Shown here one piece after another: positions 27,352 through 40,625 of a stretch of 64,000 nt of DNA. The stretch's first letter is position 1, and every line of letters begins with the position of its first letter. The stretch is from Octopus sinensis. Taxonomy: Eukaryota. A program made the position numbers and the translations under genes. The DNA lies in assembly GCF_006345805.1 (NCBI RefSeq), contig NC_043008.1, positions 31,310,001-31,374,000 on the forward strand, read 5' to 3'. A model generated the notes under the pieces. That model did no database searches. It worked only from the letters and a program-made list of their open reading frames with translations, and had not been told where the DNA came from.

Positions 27352-28626
27352 TATATATATATATATATATTTATGTGTGTGTGTGTTTGTGTCTGTGTTT
27401 GTCCTCATCACTATTGCTTTACAACTAATGTTGGTGTGTTTACATCTCCATAACTTAGCAGTTTGGCAAAAGAGACTGATAGAGTAAGTACAGGGCTGAC
27501 AAACAATAAGTCTTGGGCTCAATTTCTTTGCCTAAAACGAAACCGTTCAAGGTGATGCTCCATCATGGGCACAGTCAAATGACTGAAAGAAGTAAAAGGA
27601 TATATGAATAAAAGAACATACAGAGAGAGGGGGGTCGGGAGAGAGTGTAAACTTCTCACAACATAGAAGCCATGTGCAGAATTCACTTTTTCACTAGCAT
27701 TTGATGTCACTCTACTTACTCACCATCAATGCCTTTAAGAAATACAATGACCCCTTGATCACCCTTACAGCCACTACTGCCATCATCAGCTTCTAAACCT
27801 GCTTTCTGTCTAAGTATGAAATCAATAATGTTGTCTCTTACTGTAGAATCATAGTTCACTAGAAGTAAGCTCCAAGATAGCTGAGTCTATAATCCAGATT
27901 GGATTCTTGGCTTGTCACTATTTCTCTTCGTTTACTTTCTTTCATGGTTCCGTGATTAATGGTAAAGAAGGGCTTCTAGCTGTAAGAAAAAAAGAAATCA
28001 TTGCTTTAGCAGTGACTATAAACTATCTCATTTATGCTACAGAAAGGATATGGATTTAAAGTGATGAAGCAGGGAAGTTAGATGAATCGGAGAAATGTAT
28101 GAACACCACGTAATCTCATTTCTTCTCCTTTCCATTTATTGCATTGAGATCAACTAAGAAATTGTGTGTATTTATATATATGAAGTTGTGTATGTGTGCA
28201 GGTATGGCCGTGTGGTTGAGAAATTTGCTTCCTGACAATGTGGGTTTGAGTTCAAGCCCAGTGTACAGCATCTTAGGTGTTTTCTACAATGGCCCCTGGC
28301 AAACAAAGCCTTATGAGTAGATTTGCTAAGTGGAAACTGAAAGAATGAAAGAAGAGTATTGTGTGTGTGTGTGTGCATGTGTTTGTCTACATCTGCTATT
28401 GCTTGCACTGAAAGTGCAGTGAGCCATGTTGTTATCACTTTGTTCTATCAACAAATCATCCGAGGGCTTTGTCTCTTAAAAGCCATGTGGAATAAGTGAC
28501 CTCTTATTTGAAAAGCATCTAAGGGGTTAGTGTGAAGAAGAGCATCTGGCTGTAAAACGATGCCACAACATATTCAGCCAATGTCCAGTCCATGCAGGCA
28601 TAGAAAAATGGCTGTAAAACAAATGA

Positions 28627-28684
28627 ATATACATACACATATATATATATATATATACACACACATACATATATATATATACAT

Positions 28685-28751
<67 letters not shown>

Positions 28752-28805
28752 CACACACATACATATACATAATATATATATACATACATACACACACACA
28801 CGCAT
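28627..28805. repeat. Compound (TA)n/(CA)n microsatellite
   Basis: Seen directly. Similar tracts at ~10527-10830, 32280-32470, 41055-41220, 49085-49440, 59846-60030, 60238-60378, 63970-64000. Confidence 0.95.
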
Positions 28806-30243
28806 ATAATATAAATATATCTTTCAGCATTCCCTATTTTCCCCTCATTCAGGTCTAACGACCCTCCTTGTTTGTTTTCATTCAGTTTCCCTGTATGTCT
28901 CCACTGTCCTGTTTTTGTTCCTAACTTTGACCCTCGATCAATTCAAAATTTTATTTTGGTGTGTATGGGAGCAACTGTCTTCAAAGACTTATAGTGTTGT
29001 TGATTGTTCAAAATGGGGAGTAGATAGACTGCCGACAACTGATGAAGGGTCATTCTTTGTATTACTTGTTCTTTTTTTCTGTCATTATTTGCATATTTAA
29101 CTCATTTGTTTTTGTATTTCATGTTTACTGTTGGTGACATCCTGTACTCATATATGCATATATAACATTTATATTATTATTTAATTGAACGCCACACATC
29201 CATTTCCAAGTATGTGTGTGTGCATATATATATACATACACACACACACACACACATTTGGCTGTACTGATATTCCAGTCTCCCACTAGTACTAAAGAAT
29301 GGAGTGTTCCTAAGAACACTGCTAAGATTCCTAAAGATGAATGCAAGTATCCCAGAATCATGGCCTCACTGATGTGTGTAGCACCTCTAAATCCAGTGAT
29401 TTGTGACCATCATGCAAATAAATCTTCCATCTAAGGAAGGCTACTCACATGTATTTCTGTAATCTGCTCTGAGTGTGGCGTCAGTGGCTTTTATAAGTTC
29501 CACTTGGAAAAGAAAATATAAAGGTGAAGAAAGAGAGAGAAGTGCTTCCTTCTTCCAGTTAATTTATTGAATTGAAAGGTGGGTAAGAGCTGTGAGTATA
29601 GCTTAGGTGAACAGACTTACTCTCAGTATACACCTGTAAGCCAAAGAATATAGTTTATTGGTCATGGTAATTCTGGATCTGTGGGGTTTCTTGTATGGTC
29701 TTCCATGGAAGTTCTTCTTTAAATGCATTACCATATCTAATATGCTATGTATACCAAGGCAACAAGCTGGCAGAATCATTAGCACACCAGGCAAAATACT
29801 TAGCGGCATTTCATCTGTCCTTACATTGTGAGTTCAAATTCTTCACTTGCCACCTGCACAGGAGTCAGTCCAACAGTCCTGGCAACTGCCAGGTGCCAGT
29901 CATAGGATCGGTTCAGTTTCGATTATTATTATCATTATCATCATTGTTGTTGCTGTTGTTATTATTATTATTATTATTCTTTAAGTTGGCAAGCTGGCAG
30001 AATCACTAGCATGCTGGATGACATGCTTAGTGGTATTTCGCCCGTCACTACGTTTTGAGTTCAAATTTCACCGAGGTTGACTTTACTTTCCATCCTTTTA
30101 GGGTTGATAAATTAAGTACCAGTCAAGTACTGGGGTTGATGTGATCAACCATCCCCCTACCCTCGAATCCCAAGCCTTATGCCTATAGTAGAAAGAATTA
30201 TTATTATTATTACTAATGTTTCTAATTTTTGTTTATTTTCTAG

Positions 30244-33200
30244 ACTCTCACTCAACAAATGGATGGATTACCTTATTAAAGATAATCACGGCACAGGTTT
30301 CAGTTAGAAGAATAAAAGAATAATAAAAAGAAAAAATTATTAGGACTGGAATTGGTAACCAAACTCTGAAAAAAAAAAAAAAATGGTTTTCCTGCTTCTT
30401 GACATGTCGCCAGCAAATTATTAGTCTGCAATATCTTCATAAAGGTTTCGAACCTTGCCAGAGTAACCTTGAACTTCAAACACAGTAACAACATCATCAA
30501 CATGAACAATTATCAATAAAATGCCTTCAATAAAAGGAAAATGAGAAAGGATTAAAAAGAAGAAAAAAATGAAAGAGAATGACATGGCCAATGTGTAAAG
30601 AGTTGGGGTTTGTACCCTTTACAGAAACATTAAAGACTGTTCCCCTCTCATTACTATCATTACCAAAATGGGTTCTCTGAATTTTTGTGGGATGTATATA
30701 TATATAGTTTTTTTTTCCCCCTTATTTTTAATGGTGGTGGATTGGCAGAATTATTAGAGCATCGGACAAAATGCTTTGTAATATCTAGTTATAGCTCTTT
30801 ATGTTCTGAGTTCAAATGCCACTGAGGACAACTTTGCCTTTCATCTTTCTTGGACTGACTGATAAAATGATGTACCAGCCAAGTACTGGGGGGGTCAATA
30901 TAATCAACTGTTCTTTCTTTCCCAACCTTTGGCCTTACGCCTATTTTAGAAATTATTATTATTTTTATTATTGTTGAGATTGGTAAGGGCAGCAGATTGA
31001 CAGAATCATTAGATAGTCATATAAATTGCCTTGTGGGATTTGTTCTAACTATTTACATTCTGGTTTCAAATCCTGTCAGGGACAACTTTGCCTTTCATCA
31101 TCTGGCGGAATTGATAAAATAAAATACCAGTCATGTACTGGGGTCAATGTAATTAGTTAACCCCCACCCCACCCCCACCTTTCTAAAATCATTGGCCTTG
31201 TGCTTAAATTAGAAACAATGATTAAGTGCTGTAGATTGCCAGAATCATTAAAACATCAGGCAAAAATGCCTTGCAGTAATAGTTATGACTCTTACGTTCT
31301 GAGTTCAAATCCTGCAGAGGTCAACTTTGCCTTTCCTCATTTTGGAGTCAATAAAGCCAAGTACCAGTTGAGTACTGGTGTTGATTTAATTGACTCAGCA
31401 CCTCTCAAATAATTTTGACCATGTGCCTGTGTTAGAAATTATCTTCAGTAAATGGTTATGGCAGATTTGGTAGAACAACTGATAAAAATGCCTTGCTGTT
31501 TTTTAGTTAGACTTCTTTATATTCTCAATTTAAATACTGTCTGAGGTTGACTTTGCGTTTCATCCTTCCAGGGGTTGATACAATAAGGTACCAATGATAT
31601 ACTGTGGTCGATTAAATCAACTGTACCCATCCTTCCTCACAAAAATTTGTGGTGTTGTGCTTTTATGTTAGAAAAAAATTTTCATTTTTTATTTTGAACA
31701 TACTTTAAAATTTCCTTTTCTTTTTTTTTTTCTTTTTTAAAGGATTATTTTGGAATGTGGGTTGGTGTTTGATTGATTGATTGAATTGTCTTTGATTAGG
31801 CAACAAGGTTACTCTATCTTTCCTGAAAGATAACAGTTTGAAAGATGGCTTTTTTTTTATGTTTTCATTTTTTTCTTTTTCTTTTTTTTTTCAAATTCTG
31901 CCCTTGGTTTAGTAATTATTTATCTAAACCTGTTGAGACATTCAGTTTTAAATGGTTTCAGAAACAAAAACAATAGTGGAGAGAAAGTGAATAATAAAGA
32001 CATTTTTTATTCAGTTTTAATAATTAATTAGTTAATTAGCTAATTAATCAATAAGCATTCCAATTCTCATTCAAAGTTGAGAAGAATTTTTTTTTTCATT
32101 TGTTCTTGGACACTTTTCCTTTCCCCACTCTCACTAACCCCAAATTCCAGCTTTTATTTTTACTTTTAATTTCATGAACTTCCAAGACTTTCACTTAATC
32201 TTTTCTTCATTCTATTTATACTCTATTTATTTTGTTATATTTTGTTCACACTGCTTCAAAATGTTTAACAAACTTTGTTTATATACATACATGCATTCAT
32301 AAATACATATGTATGTATGTATACACACATACATGCATACATACATATATATACACACATATATATACATATATAAATATACATATATATAGACATACAT
32401 ATATATACATGCATAAATATATATATATATATATACATACACATATATATAGATACATATACATACACACTTATTATTATTATTACTATTTGAGCCTTTG
32501 TACTATAATTAAGTAATTATCCTTGTTATTTATTACTATGACGAGCAAAAAAGCTCATCTCTGCATAATGTTATAGTCATTAATAATAATAATAATAATA
32601 ATAATAAACAGTATTCCTAATTATGTGCAATCTATTAATCTAAAACTTTTTCTTTTGAGAAATATCTGGTAAAAAAAAAAGGAAAACCTGTTTATCTTTA
32701 TTTAAGTTACATTTTGTAATTAACTGCAATTTTTTTAAAAGTCATATATCTTTCTTATTCTGTGATTATTTGCTGTAGAGAATATTTTTAATTTGTTAAA
32801 TTTTTTAGCAAAATATCTTTCAAATTTTGAAAATTTAATTGAAATCCATTAGTAGGTTATATAAACTAAAACACACACAGACACATACATACAGACACAC
32901 ACATTATATACAGACTCATACATACACATGTACCGATATTTTGATGAGTTAATCTAGGATTTATTGTAGATAATATTTAGTTTTAAATGCATAAATCAAA
33001 TGTATTGTACACATAGCACACAAGAAATATATATATTTGTGTGTGTGTGTGTATGCACACTTGCTCCTGGAGGGGACAAATTCCCTCCAAAGAAACCTAT
33101 TTGTAATAATCTCTGATGAGAAATCCGAAAAATAAGCTTATTGTAACATTGATCTCTTCATGATTATTTAATCAACTCAGTTAATTATATTCAATTAAAA

Positions 33201-33270
33201 CTACTTTGTATTCTACTGTAAAGTAAATGAAAACAAAAAAAAAATAAACAAGTGAAACCATCTGGGTTTT
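30244..33270 (+). other. Putative terminal 3'UTR exon of the FAM174-like gene
   Basis: Branch-like tactaat/tctaat plus tttttgtttattttctag acceptor (AG ends 30243), followed by largely unique AT/T-rich sequence. AATAAA at 33243-33248 has a downstream T-rich tract; other AATAAA hexamers occur earlier. Inference only. Confidence 0.4.
30735..31672 (+). mobile_element. Head-to-tail array of four degenerate SINE family 1 copies
   Basis: Repeated ggcagaat..ctgagttcaaat..ctttgcctttcat..gtaccag..ttagaaa units at ~240-bp spacing. Confidence 0.75.
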
Positions 33271-34107
33271 TTTCCTTTTCTTCTTCTCAATCTTCTACAA
33301 TGGAAAATGTTGTCCCTTTTGAATTTTTTGTATCTTTTACATTAGACTGTGGCCATACTGGGACACTGGCTTGGAGATTTGCTTCTACTGTCTCATCTGT
33401 CTGTCTGAATGTGTGTGCATGTGGTAATAAGTTTACTTCCCAACCACATGGTTTCAGGTTCAGTCCCATTGTGTGGGCAAGTGTGTTCTACTATATCCCC
33501 AGGTTGATCAAAGCTTTTGGAGTGGATTTGATAGACAGAAAAAAGTCCCTGATCTGGCTCTGTACTTCTATGTATATTGCTAGTGCAGCAGTTACTGCTG
33601 TTTCCAGCTGGAAGGTGTCTGTCATTAACAAGGCCAAACAAAGCCAAAATCATGTGATCTGGTAGTCGTGGCAATGTAAGTAGCAGTGATTGTCTGCTGC
33701 TGGTGATAGCTATAATGTGCTTTTATGCATCAAATAACTATATGAGATTTTTTCTCTTGGTAAGTATTGCAGTAATAGTGTATTCTAATACAACATCCAC
33801 TTCTAGGTGGTGAATATTTTATCTTTTAGTATTAATACTGCTTCTGTCACTCTATTTTTATATGTATTTCATATGATAGTTGTGTTACTGTCATGCAAGC
33901 CATGTCTTCATTTCCAGTCTCGTATGAAAAGTATGTCTGGTGTTGGGAAAATAGTATCCTAGTTGGAAACAGATGAGGTTTGTTGACAATACGGACATCT
34001 GGCTATATAAAATCCACCTCAACAAATTCCACCCAACCTATACAAGCATAGAAAAATGCACATTAAAATGATGATGATGTTTAGTATGTGAGACTGTACT
34101 GTTGCTA

Positions 34108-34139
<32 letters not shown>

Positions 34140-34339
34140 TTTTTTTTCAGAATGAGATAAAAAAAATAAAAATTTTATATATACACCAGCTGATTTATGA
34201 CCTACGTTGGACTCCTTATTTGCATAATCACCTAACCTGGAACTTAGTTATGGTCTATCCATAGCACTTACTCAGCATTACCTGACTCCTTGTGGGTCTT
34301 ACTGACACCATTACCTCTCATAACCCTTATATATATATA

Positions 34340-34715
34340 TATCTGATGGACTCTTCCATCAGTTTCAATATATGAGGATCCGACAACCTACAGTTTCTTT
34401 GTCAATCATAATTCTTATGTCAAACATGACATTTGAGTCCCACCAACAATTTACAAAGAAGCATGCAGATGTTGCAAGTATGAGCATTACAGATCAGTGC
34501 AGGTGATATATTTGCAGTTGTTTTCAACCTTTGTCTTGCACTCCTAGGCTTGCTGCCATTTTGACATTACAATCTCCATTTTATTCACTCCTGGGCTGTT
34601 TGCTCAAAAGTGTTGTGAGCTACATTGACTGCTGAGAGGTTACTCTTTAGCTTCTCCTTATATCTGAGTCATTGTTGACCAAAATTTCTGTACCCACTAT
34701 CAAGCTAGCCGTACA
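34340..34715 (-). mobile_element. RTE (BovB-like) LINE 3' end relic
   Basis: Minus strand reads YG*LDSGYR..LRYKEKLKSNL..FEQTAQE*IKWR and then a CxxC...GL.CH zinc-knuckle-like end. Confidence 0.6.
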
Positions 34716-34884
34716 TCGAAAAATACCTTAGGAATGAGAACTCAGGTTCGAAATTTCCCCAAGACACCTGATGAAGGCTGGAGGGTATATCAGCCGAAAT
34801 ATGTTAACAACAAAGATGAGGACAACTATCCATCAAATGTAAATAAGTTACATAATTCCTCATCTCTTAAATGTAGAACCGTAT
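34716..34884 (+). mobile_element. Third, 5'-truncated copy of the hammerhead element; core and stem II intact, cleavage-site region deleted
   Basis: atcgaaaaataccttaggaatgagaa...gacacCTGATGAaggctg gagggtatat cagccGAAA tatgtt...aattcctcatctcttaaatgtagaaccgta. Confidence 0.8.
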
Positions 34885-35398
34885 TACCTTGTAATTGGAT
34901 TTGGTAGACGGAAACTGAAAGGAGCCCGAAAGTCTTCAATTCAGTCTCAAGGGTCTTACAATTGTTGCTGTATGCTTCTGGTTTAATACAGGGATGATGT
35001 TTTTTCTAACCACTTTGCACTCTCATTAAACTCCTTCACTTCTCTCCAAAATGAATTTGTATTTTCTTGAGAAAGACCATCCATTTCCAAGCAAGGTAAT
35101 ATTTCTTCATTACCAGACCCATTTTCATGGAATGATTGGAACTGCAGGGCCCTACTTGTATAATGATGCCATTCATTTACAATACATGAAGTCAAGGCTA
35201 ACCTACACCACACACACATAGTTCTTTCTCTTTCCATCTACCGAATCCACTCACAGAGCTTTGGTTGGCCCAGAGCTATAGTAGAAGACACTTGCCCAAG
35301 ATGCTATGCAGTGGGACTGAACTCAAGATCATGTGGATGGGAAGCAAACTTTTTAACACAGAGCCATGTCTGAATCTATATATATATATATATATATA

Positions 35399-36241
35399 CA
35401 GGGTGCAGTGAATAAATTCTCGTCTAAATTACACAAACATGAAAATAACACTTTTACTAAAAGGGCATAAAAATATCTTGAAATACTAAAGAGTAAATTT
35501 ATTCAATAAAATCACCATTGGCTTCAACCACGGCCTCCAGACAACTTCAGCATCTCCTGCAACTCTTTTGGATGGTCTCCTTGTTTAAGTTGGAAAATGC
35601 TGCCATAATCCTTGTCTTCAGTCCATCTTTGGTATTACAAGGAGTTTTGTTGGTCTCTCATTCAACTGCACCTCACACATAATAATCAAAGGGATTGCAG
35701 TTAGATGGTCAGATGTTAGGGGTGATGTGGTCGCAGAAATTGTCTGACAGCCATGGCTGGGTTCTCCTGCTTGTGTGGCTTGGTGCAGAATCCTGTTGCC
35801 AGAAACAGGATCTTCCAGCAGCTACCCTCTTGACCCAGGGCAGCACTACCTCCTCCAGACACTTGATGTAAGCCTCCTTGCTGAGTCTGAGGCTGTGTCG
35901 GAAGATGAAGGGAGGCATAATGCTGGTATCATTAGTAATCACTCCAAACACCATGACGTTGACTGGATGTTTGATTTTTATCACTTTCAGGACATGGCAA
36001 GACAATGGTTGTTCTGTGTGTTCTCCATCTGATCCTGGCAGGAAGTTTTGGAGCTTCCAACATGAATGCCAAGCAGTACAGCTTGTTTCCAAATTTCTAA
36101 CAGTGAATTGCATCATGGTGTTGTTTTTCTCACAGACAGTGCCCAACAGACCCTACTATACTGCATAGTCGACAAAAACAAACAATGCATGTCTGTGTAA
36201 TTAAGAATATAAAATGGCGACAATTTACCCATCACGCCATG
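35399..36241 (-). mobile_element. Internally deleted Tc1/mariner (DD37D maT-like) transposon
   Basis: KHPVNVMVFGVI..WQQDSAPSH..NCNPFDYYV*GAVE..LEAVVEANGDFIE*; degenerate TIRs cagggtgcagtgaataaatt / aatttacccatcacgccatg in a TA-repeat context. Confidence 0.85.
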
Positions 36242-36279
36242 TGTATATGTATGTATATATATATATATGTGTATATGTG

Positions 36280-36572
36280 ATTGACCCTCCCATCGAAGAC
36301 GACATGAGTATTCAGCTTTTGCCACACGACCTTAACAAATGATTTGTTCATAATGATCAAATGTTCATGCCCTACATTAGCTCACTCCCTCCATCGACAT
36401 TGTATGAACATATGCACAGTGCACACATGTTAGGTGTCAAGGTGATCACAGAACAACGTGAGATGAAGTCTTTTGCTCAAGAACACAACACACCACCTAG
36501 TCTAGGAATTGAAACCACAATCTCATGGTTGTGAATGCAACACCCTAACCACTAAGCCATGCATTCTCACTA
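36280..36572 (-). mobile_element. tRNA-headed CORE-like SINE
   Basis: Minus strand tggcttagtggttaggg..ggtttcaattcc..ttcttgagcaaaagacttcat. Confidence 0.7.
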
Positions 36573-36694
36573 TATGGAAAACAGACGTTAAAAGTTGATG
36601 AATATATATATATAGAGAGAGAGAGAGAATTTAGAGACAAACCACCATTTAGTTATTCCATCAATTCTGAAAAGATGTCTATAATAATCACAGA

Positions 36695-36830
36695 AATTCA
36701 TTCAATAAAATCACCATTGGCTTCAACCACAGCCTCCAGACAACTTCAGAATCTCCTGCAACTCTTTTCGATGGTCTCCTTGTTTAAGTTGGAGAATGCT
36801 GCCATAATCCTTGCCTTTAGTCCATCTTAT
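36695..36830 (-). mobile_element. Second fragment of the same transposase 3' end
   Basis: Near-identical to ~35497-35630 (ttcaataaaatcaccattggcttcaacc...tccatct). Confidence 0.85.
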
Positions 36831-36998
36831 GCCTCCCTTCATCTTCCCACACAGCTTCAGACTCAGCACAGGGGCTTACATCAATTTATATATATATATA
36901 ATAGATAGTGAATTTTGATTTAGTGTGCTAAATTGAAATTTTTTTCCCTGTTAGCTTGGAATCTTTACATTCCCTAACTATTAATAATATATATGTAG

Positions 36999-37029
<31 letters not shown>

Positions 37030-37669
37030 TTCATTATGCCTTCATGCACAAGGCATCAAATAACTTTCAATTATGCATAATTAAATCCCATACTATGATG
37101 TATCTGATATTTGAATTACAAGGGTTTGTCTTGTTGGAGAAGAGATACTCAGCTTGCCAAGTGCTGAACATTTCTCTATAATTTATCCGCAATCAATGCT
37201 GATGACGACACCTCAACTTATATGGTAAGGCATTGTCTGTTGCAGTACTTGTTTCTATTATCACTTTACCATCTTTTTCTCAGAATTTATATTTCCTCAA
37301 TACAAGATATTCGAAATACTTAATTAGTTCTGCTGATTATCACAAATGCATTCATTCTTTTCTTTCATTTTTGTTATGTTGGTTTTCTTCTATTTCTTTG
37401 TATTTATTCTTGTTTAAATTATTTATAGTTTGTTGGGAATGTTTTGGCAGGGATGGAGGGTGATATTTATAATGATTTTCATTTTGTTCATCTTCTTATT
37501 ATTATGCTGCTTCAGAAATCTGCTTATGCCTATTATTGTCATTCTTCTTTCTTTCTTTCTTTCTTTTTTAGTTATGCATTTATTTTTGTATTTGGTATTT
37601 CAATCTTCTTGTCATGAATCTGAGGTTTGCCTTGCTTCTACAGAAGTTAATATTACCATTCCAGCAGTC

Positions 37670-38770
37670 AATGGCAGAATCAGTAGATTAACAAATGAGC
37701 GGTTTTGCTGGTATTTAGTTACATGTCATTACGTTTTAAGTTCAAATTCCACCAAGGTCTTACCTTTTCCACTCCTAGTGTATTGATGAAATAAAGGGCC
37801 AGTAAAGCACTGAAGTTAGTGGTATCAACTACCACCTCTCCTTAAAGTTGCTGGCCTTGTGCCAAAATTTGAAATCAGCAGTAGTAGTAGTAGTAGTAGT
37901 ATGGGATAAAATGTCTTGTGACATTTGTTCCAGTTATCTTTTATGTTTTATTTGTTTCAACTATTAGATTATGGCCATGCTGGGGCACCACCTTGGAGAA
38001 TTTTTAGTATTGATCCCAGTACTTATTTTTTAAAAGTCTGGTACTTATTCTATCAGTGTCTTTTGTTGAACCACTAAGTTTCAGGGACATAAACACATCA
38101 GCACCAATTGTCAAGCAGTGGTGATGAGAACAAACAGACACACAAACACACACACACATACATATTTATGACAGGCTTCTTTCAGTTTCCTTCTATCAAA
38201 TTCCACTGGGTCAACTTTGTTTTTTATCTTCTCAGTGCCAATAAGATAAAGTACCAGTGAAGTACCAGGCTGTTTTCTGTACCAAATTTCTGGCCTTGTG
38301 TAAGAAGTTAAGGTGGTGGATAGGCAGAATGCTTAGAGCATCAGGCAAAATGCTTTGCAGTATTTGTTCTGAGTTCAAGCCGGCCAAAGTCAACTTTGCC
38401 TTTTATCCCTTGATGGTTGATAATGTAAAATGCCTGTCAAGGTTGTTGTAAAATAATGCCCACCCTAAAATTACTGGTTTTGCACCAAAGTTAGAAAGAA
38501 TTCTGTGGTGCCTGAGGAGAGTCATTTTCTTTTAGTGCCTTTTCACCGGTGAAATTTCCACTTATTTCTTATTTTTATTTTCCTAAAGTTTTCGTTGCAT
38601 CTTGCAACCTTTTCAATAGTCTTGACTCTTGAAATTTTACCGGTGAGTGTGTTAAATTATAAGGCACAAAAAGAAAATGACTCTCCGCAGACACAACAGA
38701 ATATCCTTCAACACACAAACTCGCATAAAGAATCTTGCAAGCCAAATCCAAAAACGAAATATTAGAAAGA

Positions 38771-38802
<32 letters not shown>

Positions 38803-39455
38803 AAAGGCAGCAAGCTGGCTGAATCTTTAGTGCATTGGGCAAAACTCTTAGCCATGTTTCTTCTGGCTTTTTCACATTCTGAGTTCAAATTCCACTAAGA
38901 TCATTTTTGTATTTCATCTTTATGGGGTTGATAACGTGAAATACTAGTTAAGTACTGGGGTCAATGTAATCTACTAACACCCACACCTTGAAAATTGCTG
39001 GCTTTGTGCTGAAACTATTATTATTATCATTTAAGTTGTGTTTAAGGTAGTGAGCTGGCAGAATTCTTGGCATGCTGGGCAGCTACTGAGGTCAACTTTG
39101 CCTTTCATTCTTTCAGGGTTGATAAAATAAGTACCATTTGAGCACTAGGGTCAATGTAATCAGCTTACTCCCTCCTTTGCTGGCCTTGTGCCAAAATTTG
39201 AAACCATTATTAAAGCAGTGTTTGGCAGGATCAGTAGAATATTTTATAAATTACCTTGCTATAATTAATTCCCATAGATATCAACTTCTTTCATCCATCT
39301 CATCTAGTCATTAAAATAAATACCAGTCAAATATTAGGGTTGGTGTCATCATCTAACCCCCACCCCACCCCTAAAATTGCTGGCCTACTGATGTTGATAT
39401 AACCAACTGTGCCTCCTCAAAAATTACTGACATTTTTGCCTATGTTAGAAACAGT
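37670..39455 (+). mobile_element. Cluster of degenerate SINE family 1 copies with nested family 2 fragment and foldback element
   Basis: At least five gcagaat/gagttcaa/ctttcat/gtacca modules. Confidence 0.7.
38500..38703. mobile_element. Foldback/MITE-like element with ~55-bp inverted repeats
   Basis: ttctgtggtgcctgaggagagtcattttcttttagtgcctt versus aaggcacaaaaagaaaatgactctccgcagacacaacagaa; inner tcaccggtgaaattt / aaattttaccggtga. Confidence 0.7.
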
Positions 39456-39659
39456 AATAATTTGTTTACACCTCTGTAACTTAGTGGTTTGGCATAAAAG
39501 ACAAAAAGAATATGTACCCGGCTTTAAAAATGAAGTGATGGAGTCAGTTCAATTGACTAAAGCCCTTTGAAGTGGTCTACCAGCATGGCCACAGTCTAAT
39601 GATTGAAAGAAGTAAATGATGATGAGGAGGTGGAGGAAGAGGAGCAGCAGCAACATTAG

Positions 39660-40153
39660 CAAGTAGTGGGCTCTCATAGCTTCTGATCTTAACAGATTGG
39701 AAGTGTTAACACATACATGTTCTGCCTTGATGTGAAAGATGGACTATAGCAAACATTCTACTTAATACGACAGATTTGCTTGTTAGTTGTTGACTTTAAC
39801 CAGTTGAGCATGTCTCTTAGTGGCTGACGATATGTACATCTCTGATCATGAGCAGGAGTAGTGAAGGAGCATCATAGCCATGTGTCAAGAGGGATTCTTT
39901 AGGGTTTGAATAATTTACTCCTGGAAGCATGGAAACATGAATGTTTCATTCATCATCCTTAACCCTTGTTCAGGGACATTTTGAGAGGGATTGGCTACTC
40001 TACTTGAAAAAAATTCTAACTGGGCCCTACCTGCAAGGTCATGCACTGTTTATCTTGATCTGATAAGCGATGGTGTATCCTTATCAGAGAAGTAGTCATG
40101 ATGGGTACATTGGGATTCATATATTTGTACTCTATCATCACTTTGATGGTGTG
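39660..40153. repeat. Unclassified interspersed repeat; part recurs at ~13895-14005
   Basis: ttgagcatgtcYcttagtggctgacRatatgt..gagggattctttagggtttgaataa is shared between the two loci. Confidence 0.6.
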
Positions 40154-40171
40154 TACTGCTCTTTCAATAAT

Positions 40172-40625
40172 CCTTTCTACTATAGACACAAGGCCTGGAA
40201 TTTGTGGGGAGGGGAATAGTCAATTACATCAACTCCAGCACTTGACTGGTACTTAATTTATCGATCCTAAAAGGATGAAAGCTAAAGTTGACCTCGACAG
40301 AATTCAAACTCAGAACGTAGCAACAAACAAAATATCTCTAAGCATTTCATCCAGCACACTAATGAGTCTGCCAGCTCGCCACCTTACTGCTCTTTCAATA
40401 ATAATAACAATAACAAATGTTTTGGCACAAGGCCAGCAATTTTAGGGCTTGTGGGTTAGTTGATATCAACCTCAGTGCTCAAATAGTTCTTATTTCATCA
40501 AGCCTGAGAGGATGAAAAGCAAAATTGACCTTGGTGGAATTTGAACTCAGAACATAGAGACAAATGAAATGTTGATAAGCATTTTGTCCAGTGTGCTAAC
40601 AGTTCTGCCTGCTTGCTGCCTTAAT
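40172..40625 (-). mobile_element. Two tandem SINE family 1 copies
   Basis: First copy is flanked by the 18-bp TSD tactgctctttcaataat (40154 and 40385). Confidence 0.8.

Noticed and set aside
29037-29060. ctgatgaagg motif (also at ~58043)
   Set aside because: No stem II followed by GAAA downstream.
33110-33150. ctgatgagaaatccgaaaaataagcttatt resembles a hammerhead core
   Set aside because: Stem II has at most one pair, there is no correctly placed UH cleavage site and no stem I; likely chance.
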